Both the position numbers and the translations under genes were made by a program. From Flavobacteriales bacterium (GTDB lineage Bacteria; Bacteroidota; Bacteroidia; NS11-12g; UBA955): a stretch of DNA of 64,000 nucleotides. Shown piece by piece: positions 49,154-59,333 of this stretch. The stretch lies in NCBI GenBank assembly GCA_024643755.1, contig JAHEMG010000008.1:928-64927 (forward strand). The letters run 5' to 3'. Within the stretch, counting starts at the first letter, position 1. Every line of letters begins with the position of its first letter. A model generated the notes under the pieces. The model was given only the letters and a program-made list of their open reading frames with translations. It had not been told where the DNA came from and did no database searches.

Positions 49154-50113
49154 ATGGCACGGAGAACAAAATATTTCTACAACCCCAAATCACTGAGCTT
49201 TGAACGGGTGTCTGAACACCGGAGCTATGTGCTTTGGCGCAGACTTGGTGCCACCTCGTTGTTTGTGGTTCTTGTTGTGGGATTGAGTTTTCTCATCAGT
49301 CACTTTTATGTGCGATTCAACCTCCTGCCCAGCCAACAAAATCCGCTCGCCGTATTGAGGGAATTGGAAACAGTGAACCGACAAATTCAAGCGTTGGAAT
49401 CGCGGCTCGCCGACCTTGAAGACAAAGACATCAACCTATACCGGGCGATTTTCAATGTAGCGCCGCCCAAACCCACCGATTTTCGTGGAAAAGACTACGC
49501 CGAACTCTCTCAGATGCCCAATGGCAAAATGCTGATGCGCATCAAACAAAAAGCTGATCAGCTCGAAGCACTAGCACTAGCCCAAGAAGCCAGCTTCATC
49601 AAATTGCAAAAACTATCCAAAAACCGAATTACCGCCATTGACGCCATCCCCGCCATCATGCCCGTGGCCAACAAAGATCTCCGTCAAATGGCCTCTGGCT
49701 TTGGATACCGTCGCGACCCCTTCTATCATACGCCTTCGTTTCACCCCGGCATGGACTTTACCGCACCCACAGGCACCGAGGTATACGCAACCGCCAGCGG
49801 CAGTGTTGTCCTAACCAAAACCGAACCTTGGGGCTACGGCAACCACATCATCATCAACCACGGAAACGGGTATACCACGCTTTACGGACATTTGAGTCGT
49901 TTCGCCGTGCGAGGAGGACAGAAAATCAAGCGCGGACAACTGATTGGCTATGTTGGGAACACCGGACGATCTACCGGCAGCCATTTGCATTATGAAGTGC
50001 GCAAACACAAGAATCCATTGAACCCGGCCTTCTTCTATCGCAACGATTTGAGCGATGAACAATACCAAAAAATGATCGAACTATCGCAGCGAGAAGCCAC
50101 CCGTTTCGATTAA
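49154..50113 (+). CDS. M23-family metallopeptidase (LytM-like), membrane anchored
   Basis: N-terminal TM segment, a coiled-coil region, then HPGMDFTAP and GNTGRSTGSHLHYEV (HxxxD and HxH motifs). Confidence 0.85.
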   Translation: MARRTKYFYNPKSLSFERVSEHRSYVLWRRLGATSLFVVLVVGLSFLISHFYVRFNLLPSQQNPLAVLRELETVNRQIQALESRLADLEDKDINLYRAIFNVAPPKPTDFRGKDYAELSQMPNGKMLMRIKQKADQLEALALAQEASFIKLQKLSKNRITAIDAIPAIMPVANKDLRQMASGFGYRRDPFYHTPSFHPGMDFTAPTGTEVYATASGSVVLTKTEPWGYGNHIIINHGNGYTTLYGHLSRFAVRGGQKIKRGQLIGYVGNTGRSTGSHLHYEVRKHKNPLNPAFFYRNDLSDEQYQKMIELSQREATRFD

Positions 50114-50143
50114 TCTCCAACCCCATTACCTTTGTAGCATCGC

Positions 50144-50473
50144 ATGGAAAACAGCACCGAAAAAAAATACATGAAAATTGGCGAAGCGGCCGCAATCATC
50201 GGTGTTCCAGCCAGTACCCTTCGCTTTTGGGAGAAGAATTTTCCGCAAATCAAGCCCATGAAAAACAAAAAGGGCGATCGGTTTTACACCCAGAAGGACC
50301 TGGAGGTGCTGAAAGAAATTCACTATCTTTCACATAACAAAGGGTTAAAACTGTCGAGCGTCTCCAAATCAGTAAAGCGAAACGACGATGGAATTACGCC
50401 ACAAGCAAAGCTGATACAAGAACTCAGGGGATTCAGGGAAACACTCATCAAACTCAAGGAACAATTGGAATGA
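50144..50473 (+). CDS. Small MerR-family HTH transcriptional regulator
   Basis: YMKIGEAAAIIGVPASTLRFWEKNF...DRFYTQKDLEVLKEI is a MerR-type HTH, followed by a C-terminal coiled coil. The stop overlaps the next ATG (ATGA). Confidence 0.75.
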   Translation: MENSTEKKYMKIGEAAAIIGVPASTLRFWEKNFPQIKPMKNKKGDRFYTQKDLEVLKEIHYLSHNKGLKLSSVSKSVKRNDDGITPQAKLIQELRGFRETLIKLKEQLE

Positions 50474-51333
50474 CAAGGCGCGGCAGGGATATCGGAAAGT
50501 TGAATTTTCTCCTCTTTTCGATGTTGCACTTGCCGGTACTTTTCTGCCAGTCCACCCCACCCGCTGCATCCTCAACACCATCCACCGAAATAACCCAAAT
50601 GGTATTCCCAAACCTGTTTTTGGGCGATATTCAGGGGGGTAGCTCAGAAACTTTTTGCATTTTTCGCAACTACGGTCTCACTGTGCAAGGATTGAGGGAT
50701 GTTAGCATGAACCACATCACACCCAGGTGGCGATTAAGCTACGAAAACAAGGGGTCGAATGAATGGAATACCCAAACAGGGATGATCTCACATCGTTTAT
50801 CATTGATGCGTAACCAACAAATCAGTGTTGGCATCGGCGGTCTGCACACCCAATCTCAGTGGGGCGGCTTATTGGATCTGCAATACCTATTTCAAACCGA
50901 TCGAACCGGCACATTTGCTGCACATTATCGCAATGTGTTGACCCCCGGTTCTTTTCAAGGCGATGCGATAAAAAGACTGCTGTTGGGACCCTCAATACAA
51001 TCAATGGAAGGCAGTTGGCAATACAACGAGCAATTAGTCCAACTGACGTGGGTGGGCAACTCCACAAAAAAATTGGCCAAATCAACCAAACGAGGCGGCA
51101 TTATCCCTTTTGTGCAAGCTGTTTATTCACCACAACAACAGTACATAGAACTGGGTGGTACAAAACCGCTGCAAGGAGGATTTGCCGCGATGATGGCAAT
51201 CAATAGCACACAACAACCCCTGAGATGGGGTATTTACTATACAACAAAATCATGGCGTGGAGGATTGGAAGGAAAGTGGCTGAGGCCCTTGGGAATGGTT
51301 TACGGATGGCAAGTGCGCTATCGTTGGGAGTAA
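50470..51333 (+). CDS. Hypothetical secreted protein, beta-strand rich (possible outer-membrane beta-barrel)
   Basis: Signal-like N-terminus (LNFLLFSMLHLPVLFCQS). Alternating aromatic/Gly-rich beta pattern. No family recognised. Confidence 0.4.
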   Translation: MTRRGRDIGKLNFLLFSMLHLPVLFCQSTPPAASSTPSTEITQMVFPNLFLGDIQGGSSETFCIFRNYGLTVQGLRDVSMNHITPRWRLSYENKGSNEWNTQTGMISHRLSLMRNQQISVGIGGLHTQSQWGGLLDLQYLFQTDRTGTFAAHYRNVLTPGSFQGDAIKRLLLGPSIQSMEGSWQYNEQLVQLTWVGNSTKKLAKSTKRGGIIPFVQAVYSPQQQYIELGGTKPLQGGFAAMMAINSTQQPLRWGIYYTTKSWRGGLEGKWLRPLGMVYGWQVRYRWE

Positions 51334-53255
51334 TATCGCTACACGCTGCTGCGGGACAGGCACAATCGCACAGTCACAGTGAAGGTTGTGAGGATGAATC
51401 TGTGGCGATTCACAGCGATAGCGCATGGAACAAAAATGCGAATGACCAAGGAGCAAAGAAATCGCAGTTTGGAGATAGTGTATTATATATCAATCAGATC
51501 AAAGATGGAGACATTTTATGGCATCCTTTGCTCTCAGAAGAGGAAGCCATGAATGTGGTGCAGCACAAACAGCGGTTTGGCGACATTTTAGATCCGGCGG
51601 AGTTGATCCAATGTGGTTTTTCCGTTGAACGTATTGCGGCGATCCAAAAATTCTTGGTTTGCGACATCCCCTTGCAATGGCAGTGGAAACAATGGTTAGC
51701 AGCAGCCCAAACATGTAAAACAACCGTTTTGATGGGTGGAAAAACGCTGTGGAACGACATTGGGAGCAGTGAAGGAAGCGGGTATCAAATGCAGGTTAGG
51801 ATCAACAACAACAAAACAGTATCGCTGGGTGCTTCCTTGCAGCGCGATCCCGGAGAATGGTTCCGCATTGTCCCAAATCGCAAAAATCTCAGTGCCATAT
51901 TTACGAATTACCACCTTCGTGTTTCGGCATTTCGAGGAATTGAATCACTGATTTTCGGTCGATACACGCTACAACTCGGACAGGGCCTGGTACAAGCGGG
52001 GATGTCGGGCTTCTGGAATGCACCCATCATTTGGGCACGACGAACGCCAGACTGGGGATTATCAGAAAAGCGGGGTTGGGACGAATACCAGGGACATACG
52101 GGATTGGCCATGGATTACAGGGTATTGGGCGGAAGATTGCGGGTGATTACGGCAGTTTCGCGAGGGCGGGTTTCGGCCCGATTGGATTCCATGGGTGGGA
52201 TGAGCAGTTTGATTACCGATGGCAATTTTGCTTCCGAGCGACAGCGAGCCTATGAGAACAATACTTGGCAGGAGCATGTAACGGGGGCGCTATTATTGGG
52301 GAAAGCTGGGGCATCGTGGAGTAGTTATCGGTACGATCGGATGTGGCAGAGCAAGGCAGACTGGCCGCGGCCCGCGCTGCGCGCGGGCCGCATGTTCCAT
52401 TATCCTGAATGTTGGGTAACCCAACACACCCCCGGCGGCGGTTTGGCGTTTTTGCATATTGCACTACAATGTCAACCCAACCAAACGCCCAAACCCGCCG
52501 CCGTGGCCGGCTGGATACTCCCGCTCAACCGACAATCCGATATTTCGCTTCGCGGCTATGTGATACACAACCAATTCAGACCACCCCAAGGACTATTTAA
52601 TCAACTCAGCCCCAACCATTGGAGTGGCTCCGCCACCTTTTCCCACGGCGCCACCGGCAAGCAAAGCTTGCGGTGGGCCGTGGAACTCAAACAACCCCTT
52701 TTGCCCAATCAAAATCTGGAGCGACCATTAACCTACCGACATCAATGCCTCTGGGAACAACGACTCAAAAACCACCTACACCTTCAAGGAATCTGGCAGT
52801 GGAACAACGAAATCGACGCAACAACACCCGAACACAAAATCACCCTCATCCTCAAATACCAACAAAATCCGGCAAATACCCTTGAACATCAAATCACCAT
52901 CGTCCCCCAGCCCCAATCCTCCCAAGCCTCTTGCCTGTACGCCTTTACTTTGGTCCACAGACACCCTTTCTCACCCCTGAAATGGGCCGCCGAATGCATC
53001 GCCTTTGATACCGAAACACCCTTGTATTTCACCCAACAAACCCTACCCCATGAAATCACCCACTTCACCCTTTCACAAAAAGGAATTGCCCTCAACACCC
53101 TCCTCCAATACACCTTAAAACACACCATCTCACACCACCACAACAAACACCCGCACTGGCAAATCCATATGGCCGCACGCAGCGAAATCATCATCAAAAA
53201 CACAACAGAAAACCCCTTACAACCCCGTATTTTTGTATCATTATGGCTGAAATAA
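51306..53255 (+). CDS. Hypothetical large secreted protein with N-terminal helix-hairpin-helix (ComEA-like) motif and beta-rich body
   Basis: ATG 51306 gives the signal peptide [58 protein letters not shown] resembles an HhH DNA-binding motif. The remaining ~550 aa are beta-rich. The start is uncertain (51225 also possible). Confidence 0.45.
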   Translation: MASALSLGVISLHAAAGQAQSHSHSEGCEDESVAIHSDSAWNKNANDQGAKKSQFGDSVLYINQIKDGDILWHPLLSEEEAMNVVQHKQRFGDILDPAELIQCGFSVERIAAIQKFLVCDIPLQWQWKQWLAAAQTCKTTVLMGGKTLWNDIGSSEGSGYQMQVRINNNKTVSLGASLQRDPGEWFRIVPNRKNLSAIFTNYHLRVSAFRGIESLIFGRYTLQLGQGLVQAGMSGFWNAPIIWARRTPDWGLSEKRGWDEYQGHTGLAMDYRVLGGRLRVITAVSRGRVSARLDSMGGMSSLITDGNFASERQRAYENNTWQEHVTGALLLGKAGASWSSYRYDRMWQSKADWPRPALRAGRMFHYPECWVTQHTPGGGLAFLHIALQCQPNQTPKPAAVAGWILPLNRQSDISLRGYVIHNQFRPPQGLFNQLSPNHWSGSATFSHGATGKQSLRWAVELKQPLLPNQNLERPLTYRHQCLWEQRLKNHLHLQGIWQWNNEIDATTPEHKITLILKYQQNPANTLEHQITIVPQPQSSQASCLYAFTLVHRHPFSPLKWAAECIAFDTETPLYFTQQTLPHEITHFTLSQKGIALNTLLQYTLKHTISHHHNKHPHWQIHMAARSEIIIKNTTENPLQPRIFVSLWLK

Positions 53256-53977
53256 TGTCCCCCAAACTCTCCGTCAACGTCAACAAAATCGCCACAATCA
53301 GAAATGCGCGCGGTGGTAACAACCCCAATGTGCTCAACGTGGCCCTGGACTGTGAACGCTTTGGAGCGCAAGGCATTACTGTGCATCCACGTCCGGATGA
53401 GCGACATATCCGCTTCACCGACGTGCACGATTTGGCCAATCACGTCACCACAGAATTCAACATCGAAGGATACCCTTCCGAAGACTTTTTACAACTCATC
53501 GAACGCGTAAAACCCCACCAAGTAACCTTGGTGCCAGACCCCCCGCACGTGCTCACTTCCAATGCCGGGTGGGATACCCAAACACACCAAGAATTCCTCA
53601 CCCAAATCATTGCACGAATCAAGCAAACCGGCGCCCGTGTCTCGATATTTTTGGATCCCAACCCCGCCCTCATTGCATCCGCAAAAGCCACCGGAACCGA
53701 TCGCATAGAACTCTACACAGAAGCCTATGCCGCGCAGTTCCACCAAGACCCAGCCAAAGCCATTGAACCCTATGTAGCCACCGCCAAAGCGGCAATGGAA
53801 GCAAATTTGGGCATCAATGCCGGACATGACCTAGACCTACACAACCTGAATTATTTGGTCAAAAATCTACCCGGATTGATGGAGGTTTCGATCGGACATG
53901 CACTGGTCTGCGATGCGCTTTATCACGGTTTACAAAACACGGTACAACTTTACTTAAGGGCCCTCAAATTGGATTAA
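53255..53977 (+). CDS. pdxJ: Pyridoxine 5'-phosphate synthase
   Basis: [31 protein letters not shown] and EVSIGHAL motifs. ATG 53255 overlaps the previous stop (TAATG); ATG 53243 is also possible. Confidence 0.9.
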   Translation: MSPKLSVNVNKIATIRNARGGNNPNVLNVALDCERFGAQGITVHPRPDERHIRFTDVHDLANHVTTEFNIEGYPSEDFLQLIERVKPHQVTLVPDPPHVLTSNAGWDTQTHQEFLTQIIARIKQTGARVSIFLDPNPALIASAKATGTDRIELYTEAYAAQFHQDPAKAIEPYVATAKAAMEANLGINAGHDLDLHNLNYLVKNLPGLMEVSIGHALVCDALYHGLQNTVQLYLRALKLD

Positions 53978-54069
53978 TTGCTATAATTTTTTCCGTTCCC
54001 CAGCTCACCGTATACAATTAACCAACCCCTGAAAATAACGGCAAACCCCCATCAACCGCTTTCACTGAA

Positions 54070-54969
54070 ATGCTTTGCTTCTTCCATCAATATCGCAAAG
54101 AAATTGCCCTTGTTTTGCTGTGTTCCTTGGCGCAGACTCAATTGTTGGCATGGGGATTTTTGGGCCACAAAACCATCAACCGCCAAGCAGTTTTCGCCTT
54201 ACCACAACCCCTGTTTGGATTTTATAAGTCGCACATCGATTTCATCACCGAACACGCGGTAGATCCAGATGAACGTCGATATACCGATACAGCAGAGGCA
54301 TGCCGACATTATATCGACTTAGAGCGATATGAGCAGGCGATGCCCATCGACACTTTGCCCAAATTTTGGAAGCAAGCTGTAGAAAAATATTCGGCCGACA
54401 CCCTCTATGCCTATGGCATTGTACCTTACCATGTTCAAACCATGCTGTATCGACTAACCGAAGCTTTCAAAAACAAGGATGTAGATAGGATTCTTCAGTT
54501 GTCGGCAGATATCGGCCACTACGTGGCCGACGCCCATGTTCCCTTGCATACCACCATGAATTACGATGGTCAGTTCACCCAACAAAAAGGCATCCATGCC
54601 CTTTGGGAAACCCGCATTCCAGAGATCAGCTTAAGTCAATACAACTTGCTCTTGCCGAGGGCTGGATATTTAGAAAATCCGAACGACAGTCTTTGGCATT
54701 GCATTGAAACATCACACAAACACCTGCCCGATGTGTTAATGCATGAAAAACAGTTGAGTCAAACTTGGGGCGAAGAGCGGAAATACGAACTCACCACCGA
54801 TGGAAAAGGGAAAACCAAAAAGCAAGTGAAAACGGACTTTGCTTTGGCTTACGAAAATAGCCTCAACCACATGGTAGAAGACAGAATGCGTGCCGCAATC
54901 ACCTCGGTTTCAAGTTATTGGTATACGGCATGGATGCTGGCCGGACAGCCAGACATGACGGGGTTATGA
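54070..54969 (+). CDS. Zinc-dependent phospholipase C / S1-P1 nuclease-like superfamily protein
   Basis: The mature N-terminus WGFLGHKTI after the signal peptide, HAVDPDE and HYVADAHVPLHTT are metal-ligand motifs of this superfamily. Confidence 0.6.
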   Translation: MLCFFHQYRKEIALVLLCSLAQTQLLAWGFLGHKTINRQAVFALPQPLFGFYKSHIDFITEHAVDPDERRYTDTAEACRHYIDLERYEQAMPIDTLPKFWKQAVEKYSADTLYAYGIVPYHVQTMLYRLTEAFKNKDVDRILQLSADIGHYVADAHVPLHTTMNYDGQFTQQKGIHALWETRIPEISLSQYNLLLPRAGYLENPNDSLWHCIETSHKHLPDVLMHEKQLSQTWGEERKYELTTDGKGKTKKQVKTDFALAYENSLNHMVEDRMRAAITSVSSYWYTAWMLAGQPDMTGL

Positions 54970-56910
54970 AACTTTGAGAATCACCAACTCGATACGTCGG
55001 TTCTTCGCCCGTCCGGCCTCCGTATCATTCGCGGCCGCAGGCCGCGAATCACCATACCCTTTTGATTTTAATCTCGCCGGCGCAATGCCTGCTTTTACCA
55101 AATAGGTTACCACCGCCGCAGCACGATTTTCAGACAATTTTACGTTGTATTCCACCGCACCTTGGTTATCGGTATGTCCGGTAATCATCACCTCCATTTT
55201 CGGATTCATCTTCATCAACTCCACCAATTGGGTTAATTCTTCGGTACTCTCCGATTTCAAATCAAATTTGTCGGTATCAAAAAACAAATTCTGTAACACA
55301 AACACGGCGTTATTGTTAATGGGAGTCAATTTCGCCACCACTTTAAACGGCTGATCCAACGTAGATGCCGTTGGCTGAAAATTCAAACTCTGTGGCACGT
55401 AACCCTTCGCTGTAGCGAACAAGGCGTAGTTTCCGCCGGCAGTCAGTGGAATGAAAAAGTTCGACACACTGTCAGAAAAAACCACTTTACCAGTACTCAA
55501 TTCCACCACCCGGATCCTTGCCATCAAGGGTAACCCACCCTTTGCATCCTCAATATCACCAGACACATAGGTCACAGGTTTTGGCTTAAACTTCTCAGGC
55601 ACTTCAAATTGGTAGATATCCAACCTACCCAATCCACCCTTTCGATCAGAAGCAAAGTAGCCCTTCTTTCCAATCGCATCGATGTACAAACCAAATTCAT
55701 CATCCGATGTATTCAATCCAGACCCCAAATTTTCAGGGGTTGACCACTGTCCATCCGCGCCCAACCTCGACATGAAAATATCCGAACCTCCGTAACCGGG
55801 ATGTCCCAAACTACTGAAATACAACGTAGCACCATCGTAATGGATAAAGGGTGCATCATCATCTTCACGGGTATTGATGGCAGGACCCATGTTCTTGGGA
55901 ATGCTCCATTTTCCTTGCTTTAAGTAACTCACCCACAAATCTTTACCACCAAATCCACCAGGCCTACTGCTTGAAAAGATGAGGGTATGTCCATCCCCAC
56001 TAATGGCAGGTTGACAGTCCCATGCAGGCCCATTCACAGGCGAACCCAGATTATTACCACGCTTCCAACCTTTCCCATCCAAATCACTTACAAACAAATC
56101 ACAGCTACCCAACCCACCGGGCTGATTACAGCGGGTATAGTACAGGGCTGAGCCATCGGCCTTTACACTCAAAGTACCCTCATTTTCTGGGGTATTGATG
56201 TCGCCCGGCGCAGGATAGGCCTTCCCCCAAAACGTATCGCGCCAATCACTCATATAAAAATCTTCCTGCAACATGGCATTCTCCGTGCCACCCAATCTAC
56301 GCGTGAACACAAAACGATCACCTGAAAAGGGCATCCCTGGCCAATATTCGTCCTTTTCCGTATTGATCGAAGGACCCATGTTCCTAATCTTTAAATTCTC
56401 TGCGATATTCACATCGTCCATCGCCGTTTTTACGCTGGCCTGCAACCGCGTTGCCTTCTCTTTTAATCGTACCGAAGCCCCCTGTTTCTGGGCGATAAAT
56501 CCTGGTTTATTGGGCACCTCCTCAAAGGCAACAAGCATAGCCGATGCTTCCTGCAGCCGTTTGTTTCGATACAAGTATTCTGCGTAATAAAAATACATGG
56601 GCTGAAACAAAGGGGCTACGCGCAAACAATTTTGGTAAGATTTGGAGGCATTCAGGGTGTCGTGCATCGCCTCGTAAATGGAAGCTTGGAGCGAATATGC
56701 ATCCGCATAGGCCGGATCAGATTTCAGGGCTTTGTTCACCGACGACAAGGCCTTGGGAAATTCTGCCGCATTATAGGCCATAAACGCTTCATCCAATTGC
56801 TTTTTGGCTTTGGGATTTTGGGCAACCAAACAAGACGATAATCCAAAAACAACCCAAACACCAACAAGGCGAATTTGCTGTATCCAAAAGTGCTTCTGCG
56901 TTAATCTCAT
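54964..56910 (-). CDS. OmpA-family peptidoglycan-associated lipoprotein with TPR and TolB-like (WD40-like) repeats
   Basis: Lipobox GLSSC, N-terminal TPR repeats, repeated PD40-like segments, and a C-terminal OmpA_C domain (FDTDKFDL...TGHTDNQG...NVKLSENRA...NRRIEL). Confidence 0.85.
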   Translation of the reverse strand: MRLTQKHFWIQQIRLVGVWVVFGLSSCLVAQNPKAKKQLDEAFMAYNAAEFPKALSSVNKALKSDPAYADAYSLQASIYEAMHDTLNASKSYQNCLRVAPLFQPMYFYYAEYLYRNKRLQEASAMLVAFEEVPNKPGFIAQKQGASVRLKEKATRLQASVKTAMDDVNIAENLKIRNMGPSINTEKDEYWPGMPFSGDRFVFTRRLGGTENAMLQEDFYMSDWRDTFWGKAYPAPGDINTPENEGTLSVKADGSALYYTRCNQPGGLGSCDLFVSDLDGKGWKRGNNLGSPVNGPAWDCQPAISGDGHTLIFSSSRPGGFGGKDLWVSYLKQGKWSIPKNMGPAINTREDDDAPFIHYDGATLYFSSLGHPGYGGSDIFMSRLGADGQWSTPENLGSGLNTSDDEFGLYIDAIGKKGYFASDRKGGLGRLDIYQFEVPEKFKPKPVTYVSGDIEDAKGGLPLMARIRVVELSTGKVVFSDSVSNFFIPLTAGGNYALFATAKGYVPQSLNFQPTASTLDQPFKVVAKLTPINNNAVFVLQNLFFDTDKFDLKSESTEELTQLVELMKMNPKMEVMITGHTDNQGAVEYNVKLSENRAAAVVTYLVKAGIAPARLKSKGYGDSRPAAANDTEAGRAKNRRIELVILKVS

Positions 56911-57512
56911 TTTTTCCAGTGCATGGTTTTGATCATGTGGTACACATCCTGTTCCACAAATTGAAACACGGGTGCAACACTATCAGATTCTGTGCGATTG
57001 TTGAAGTACAACGCACCCCGCACAAAGTGTTTCACGCTGTCTGTAAGATAAAAGTTGAAGTTGGTGGCGGTGTTTCCTTGAATGCTAAAAATTAAGCCCT
57101 TGGCTTCAGGATTCAATGAAGATGTAGGTCGCTCCAAAATATCATCCGCCTTTTGTAGATGCTTATTCACCAACTTCCGCGTGTCGTATAACAGACTGTC
57201 GAAAAATGCCCAATCCTTAAACTCATAATATGTCATATGGAGGGTCATATCAAACAGTGGAAATTGCAAATTGTACCAACCGGGGGTATGAACGCCTTGT
57301 GCATTGGTATCGGCTTTCATCTGAGCGTAGGCAGGCAATTCCATGGACATAGGAAAATCTGCTGCAGAAAACGGCTGATAGGATTTTGTGGGCAAATCCA
57401 TCCGTGGATACGCTTTGGGTTTTGGAACATAAGCCGTATCGCCACCGCCACAACTTGCCAAGACCAACAATAGCAGGGCTAGCAAAGGTGACAATTCCTT
57501 ATTGAACTTCAT
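56907..57512 (-). CDS. gldD: Gliding motility lipoprotein GldD
   Basis: Lipobox LASC. The VPKPKAYPRMDLPTKSY start is characteristic of GldD. It lies directly downstream of gldE, as in Flavobacterium johnsoniae. Confidence 0.8.
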   Translation of the reverse strand: MKFNKELSPLLALLLLVLASCGGGDTAYVPKPKAYPRMDLPTKSYQPFSAADFPMSMELPAYAQMKADTNAQGVHTPGWYNLQFPLFDMTLHMTYYEFKDWAFFDSLLYDTRKLVNKHLQKADDILERPTSSLNPEAKGLIFSIQGNTATNFNFYLTDSVKHFVRGALYFNNRTESDSVAPVFQFVEQDVYHMIKTMHWKK

Positions 57513-58851
57513 GGTTGTTTTCTATGGTTATGCGGATTTTCTTCACTTTTCTGGCATCCGCCGATTCTACTTTAAACTGCAAATGCGATACGGCCACTTC
57601 ATCACCGCGTTTGGGCATTCTACCCAAGCGCTCGCCAATCATACCGCCCAAACTATCGCTCTCCAAGTCTAAATGATCAAACAAATCAATCGACAAACCC
57701 AACTCACGCACAAAATCTACCAACAGCACTTTGGCTTCAAACATGTAAACGCCCTCTTTCAATTTCACATAGCCCTTCTCTTCGTCGTCAAACTCATCCT
57801 GCATGTCACCAAAGACCTCATCCAAAATATCTTCCATGGTGATCATTCCGCTGGTACCACCAAATTCATCTACCACAATGGCCAAATGATTATGATTGGT
57901 TCGCATTTCCCCGAGGGTATCGTCAATGGCTTTGTTTTCAGGGATAAAATAAGGGGCTTTAACAAACTGCATCCAGTCAAAATCTGCAGCTGCATCCAAG
58001 TGCGGAATCAATCGCTTGATGCTTAGCACACCCACAATTGCATCGATGGTTTTGTCGTAAACGGGTATTCGAGAAAATCCACTATCGCGGACCACTTTAA
58101 GCAACTTGTGATAATCGGCAGATTTTTCCACCGCAGTCATATCAACACGTGAACGCATGATTTGCTTCACTTGAATGCTACTCATATTCACGATACCCTT
58201 GAGAATTTCCTTTTCCTGCTGAGCGTCTTCCTGATCTGTGGCCATATCAATGGCCATCGACAGTTCCTCGGGCGTTAACTCATTGGCTTGCACTTTTACG
58301 CCTCGTTCCAAGACGCTCCCAAATTTTACGAGCAAATGACTCACAGGAGCAAAGAACCAAACAAATGCGCGCATCGGGTAAACCAAAAAACGTGCTGCTG
58401 ACCGATAATTTTGGGTTGCAAATACCTTTGGCACAACCTCACCAAAAACCAAAATAATTACGGTCACTACAATCGCCTCCACAAAAAACTTCAACCAAGG
58501 CAAGGCCGCTAAATCGAATAGTTTTTCTGTTAACAAAATCGCAATCAATACAAAAGCTACGTTCACCAAACTATTCAATAACAGCATGGTCGCCAGCAAT
58601 TGCTTCGGTCTTTCCAGCAAAGCCAATATGTACTTGGCCGTTTTGCTTTTCTCTTCACGCAATGATTCTGTATCAGAATCTCGGTGAGAAAAGAAGGCAT
58701 TTTCAGAACTTGAACAAATGGCAGAAACCAGAAGACAAACCAATAAAATCAATATGTAAAGCACAACTTCCGGCACATCCGTGGAAGAAATTGGCTGAAT
58801 AATAGATTGTAAAATCAATGTGGTCGCGGGACCAGGATCATCTATACCCAT
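57499..58851 (-). CDS. gldE: Gliding motility protein GldE (DUF21-CBS-CorC_HlyC family)
   Basis: N-terminal DUF21 TM domain, a CBS pair and a C-terminal CorC/HlyC domain; synteny with gldD. Confidence 0.8.
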   Translation of the reverse strand: MGIDDPGPATTLILQSIIQPISSTDVPEVVLYILILLVCLLVSAICSSSENAFFSHRDSDTESLREEKSKTAKYILALLERPKQLLATMLLLNSLVNVAFVLIAILLTEKLFDLAALPWLKFFVEAIVVTVIILVFGEVVPKVFATQNYRSAARFLVYPMRAFVWFFAPVSHLLVKFGSVLERGVKVQANELTPEELSMAIDMATDQEDAQQEKEILKGIVNMSSIQVKQIMRSRVDMTAVEKSADYHKLLKVVRDSGFSRIPVYDKTIDAIVGVLSIKRLIPHLDAAADFDWMQFVKAPYFIPENKAIDDTLGEMRTNHNHLAIVVDEFGGTSGMITMEDILDEVFGDMQDEFDDEEKGYVKLKEGVYMFEAKVLLVDFVRELGLSIDLFDHLDLESDSLGGMIGERLGRMPKRGDEVAVSHLQFKVESADARKVKKIRITIENNHEVQ

Positions 58852-58860
58852 GTTGTTAAA

Positions 58861-59295
58861 TTAAAAAGGAAGACCGTCATGATCCTCATCCATACCCATG
58901 CTATGGGTTGAATCTGATGGGTGAGAATCTCCTTGGGAATCGTTGCGCTGACCATCTTCATTTCTCGAAGCCAACATAGAACCCATCATTTGAAAATTGT
59001 TCACGCGAATTTTACGCGTTTGTCGCTCCTGTCCCTCCGCATCCGTATATCGATCAGTGCGAATTTTACCCTCCACGTAGAGCAAACTGCCCTTTTTGAG
59101 GTATTTCTCCGCTGTTTCCGCTTGCTTATCCCACATCTCCAAATTGTGCCATTCTGTACTCTCCATACGTTGGCCGTCTTTTGTGTAGTAGTCGTTGGTT
59201 GCCAGCGTCACATTGGCTACAACCCTGCCGTTTTCCAATCGACGTACCACTGGGTCTTTGCCCAATCGTCCCAATAAAATCACCTTGTTAATCAT
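58861..59295 (-). CDS. ssb: Single-stranded DNA-binding protein
   Basis: MINKVILLGRLGKDP... OB fold and an acidic C-terminal tip DEDHDGLPF. Confidence 0.9.
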   Translation of the reverse strand: MINKVILLGRLGKDPVVRRLENGRVVANVTLATNDYYTKDGQRMESTEWHNLEMWDKQAETAEKYLKKGSLLYVEGKIRTDRYTDAEGQERQTRKIRVNNFQMMGSMLASRNEDGQRNDSQGDSHPSDSTHSMGMDEDHDGLPF

Positions 59296-59333
59296 AATCT
59301 ACTGTATTTAACTGCTTCAAAAACTTGTTTTCT

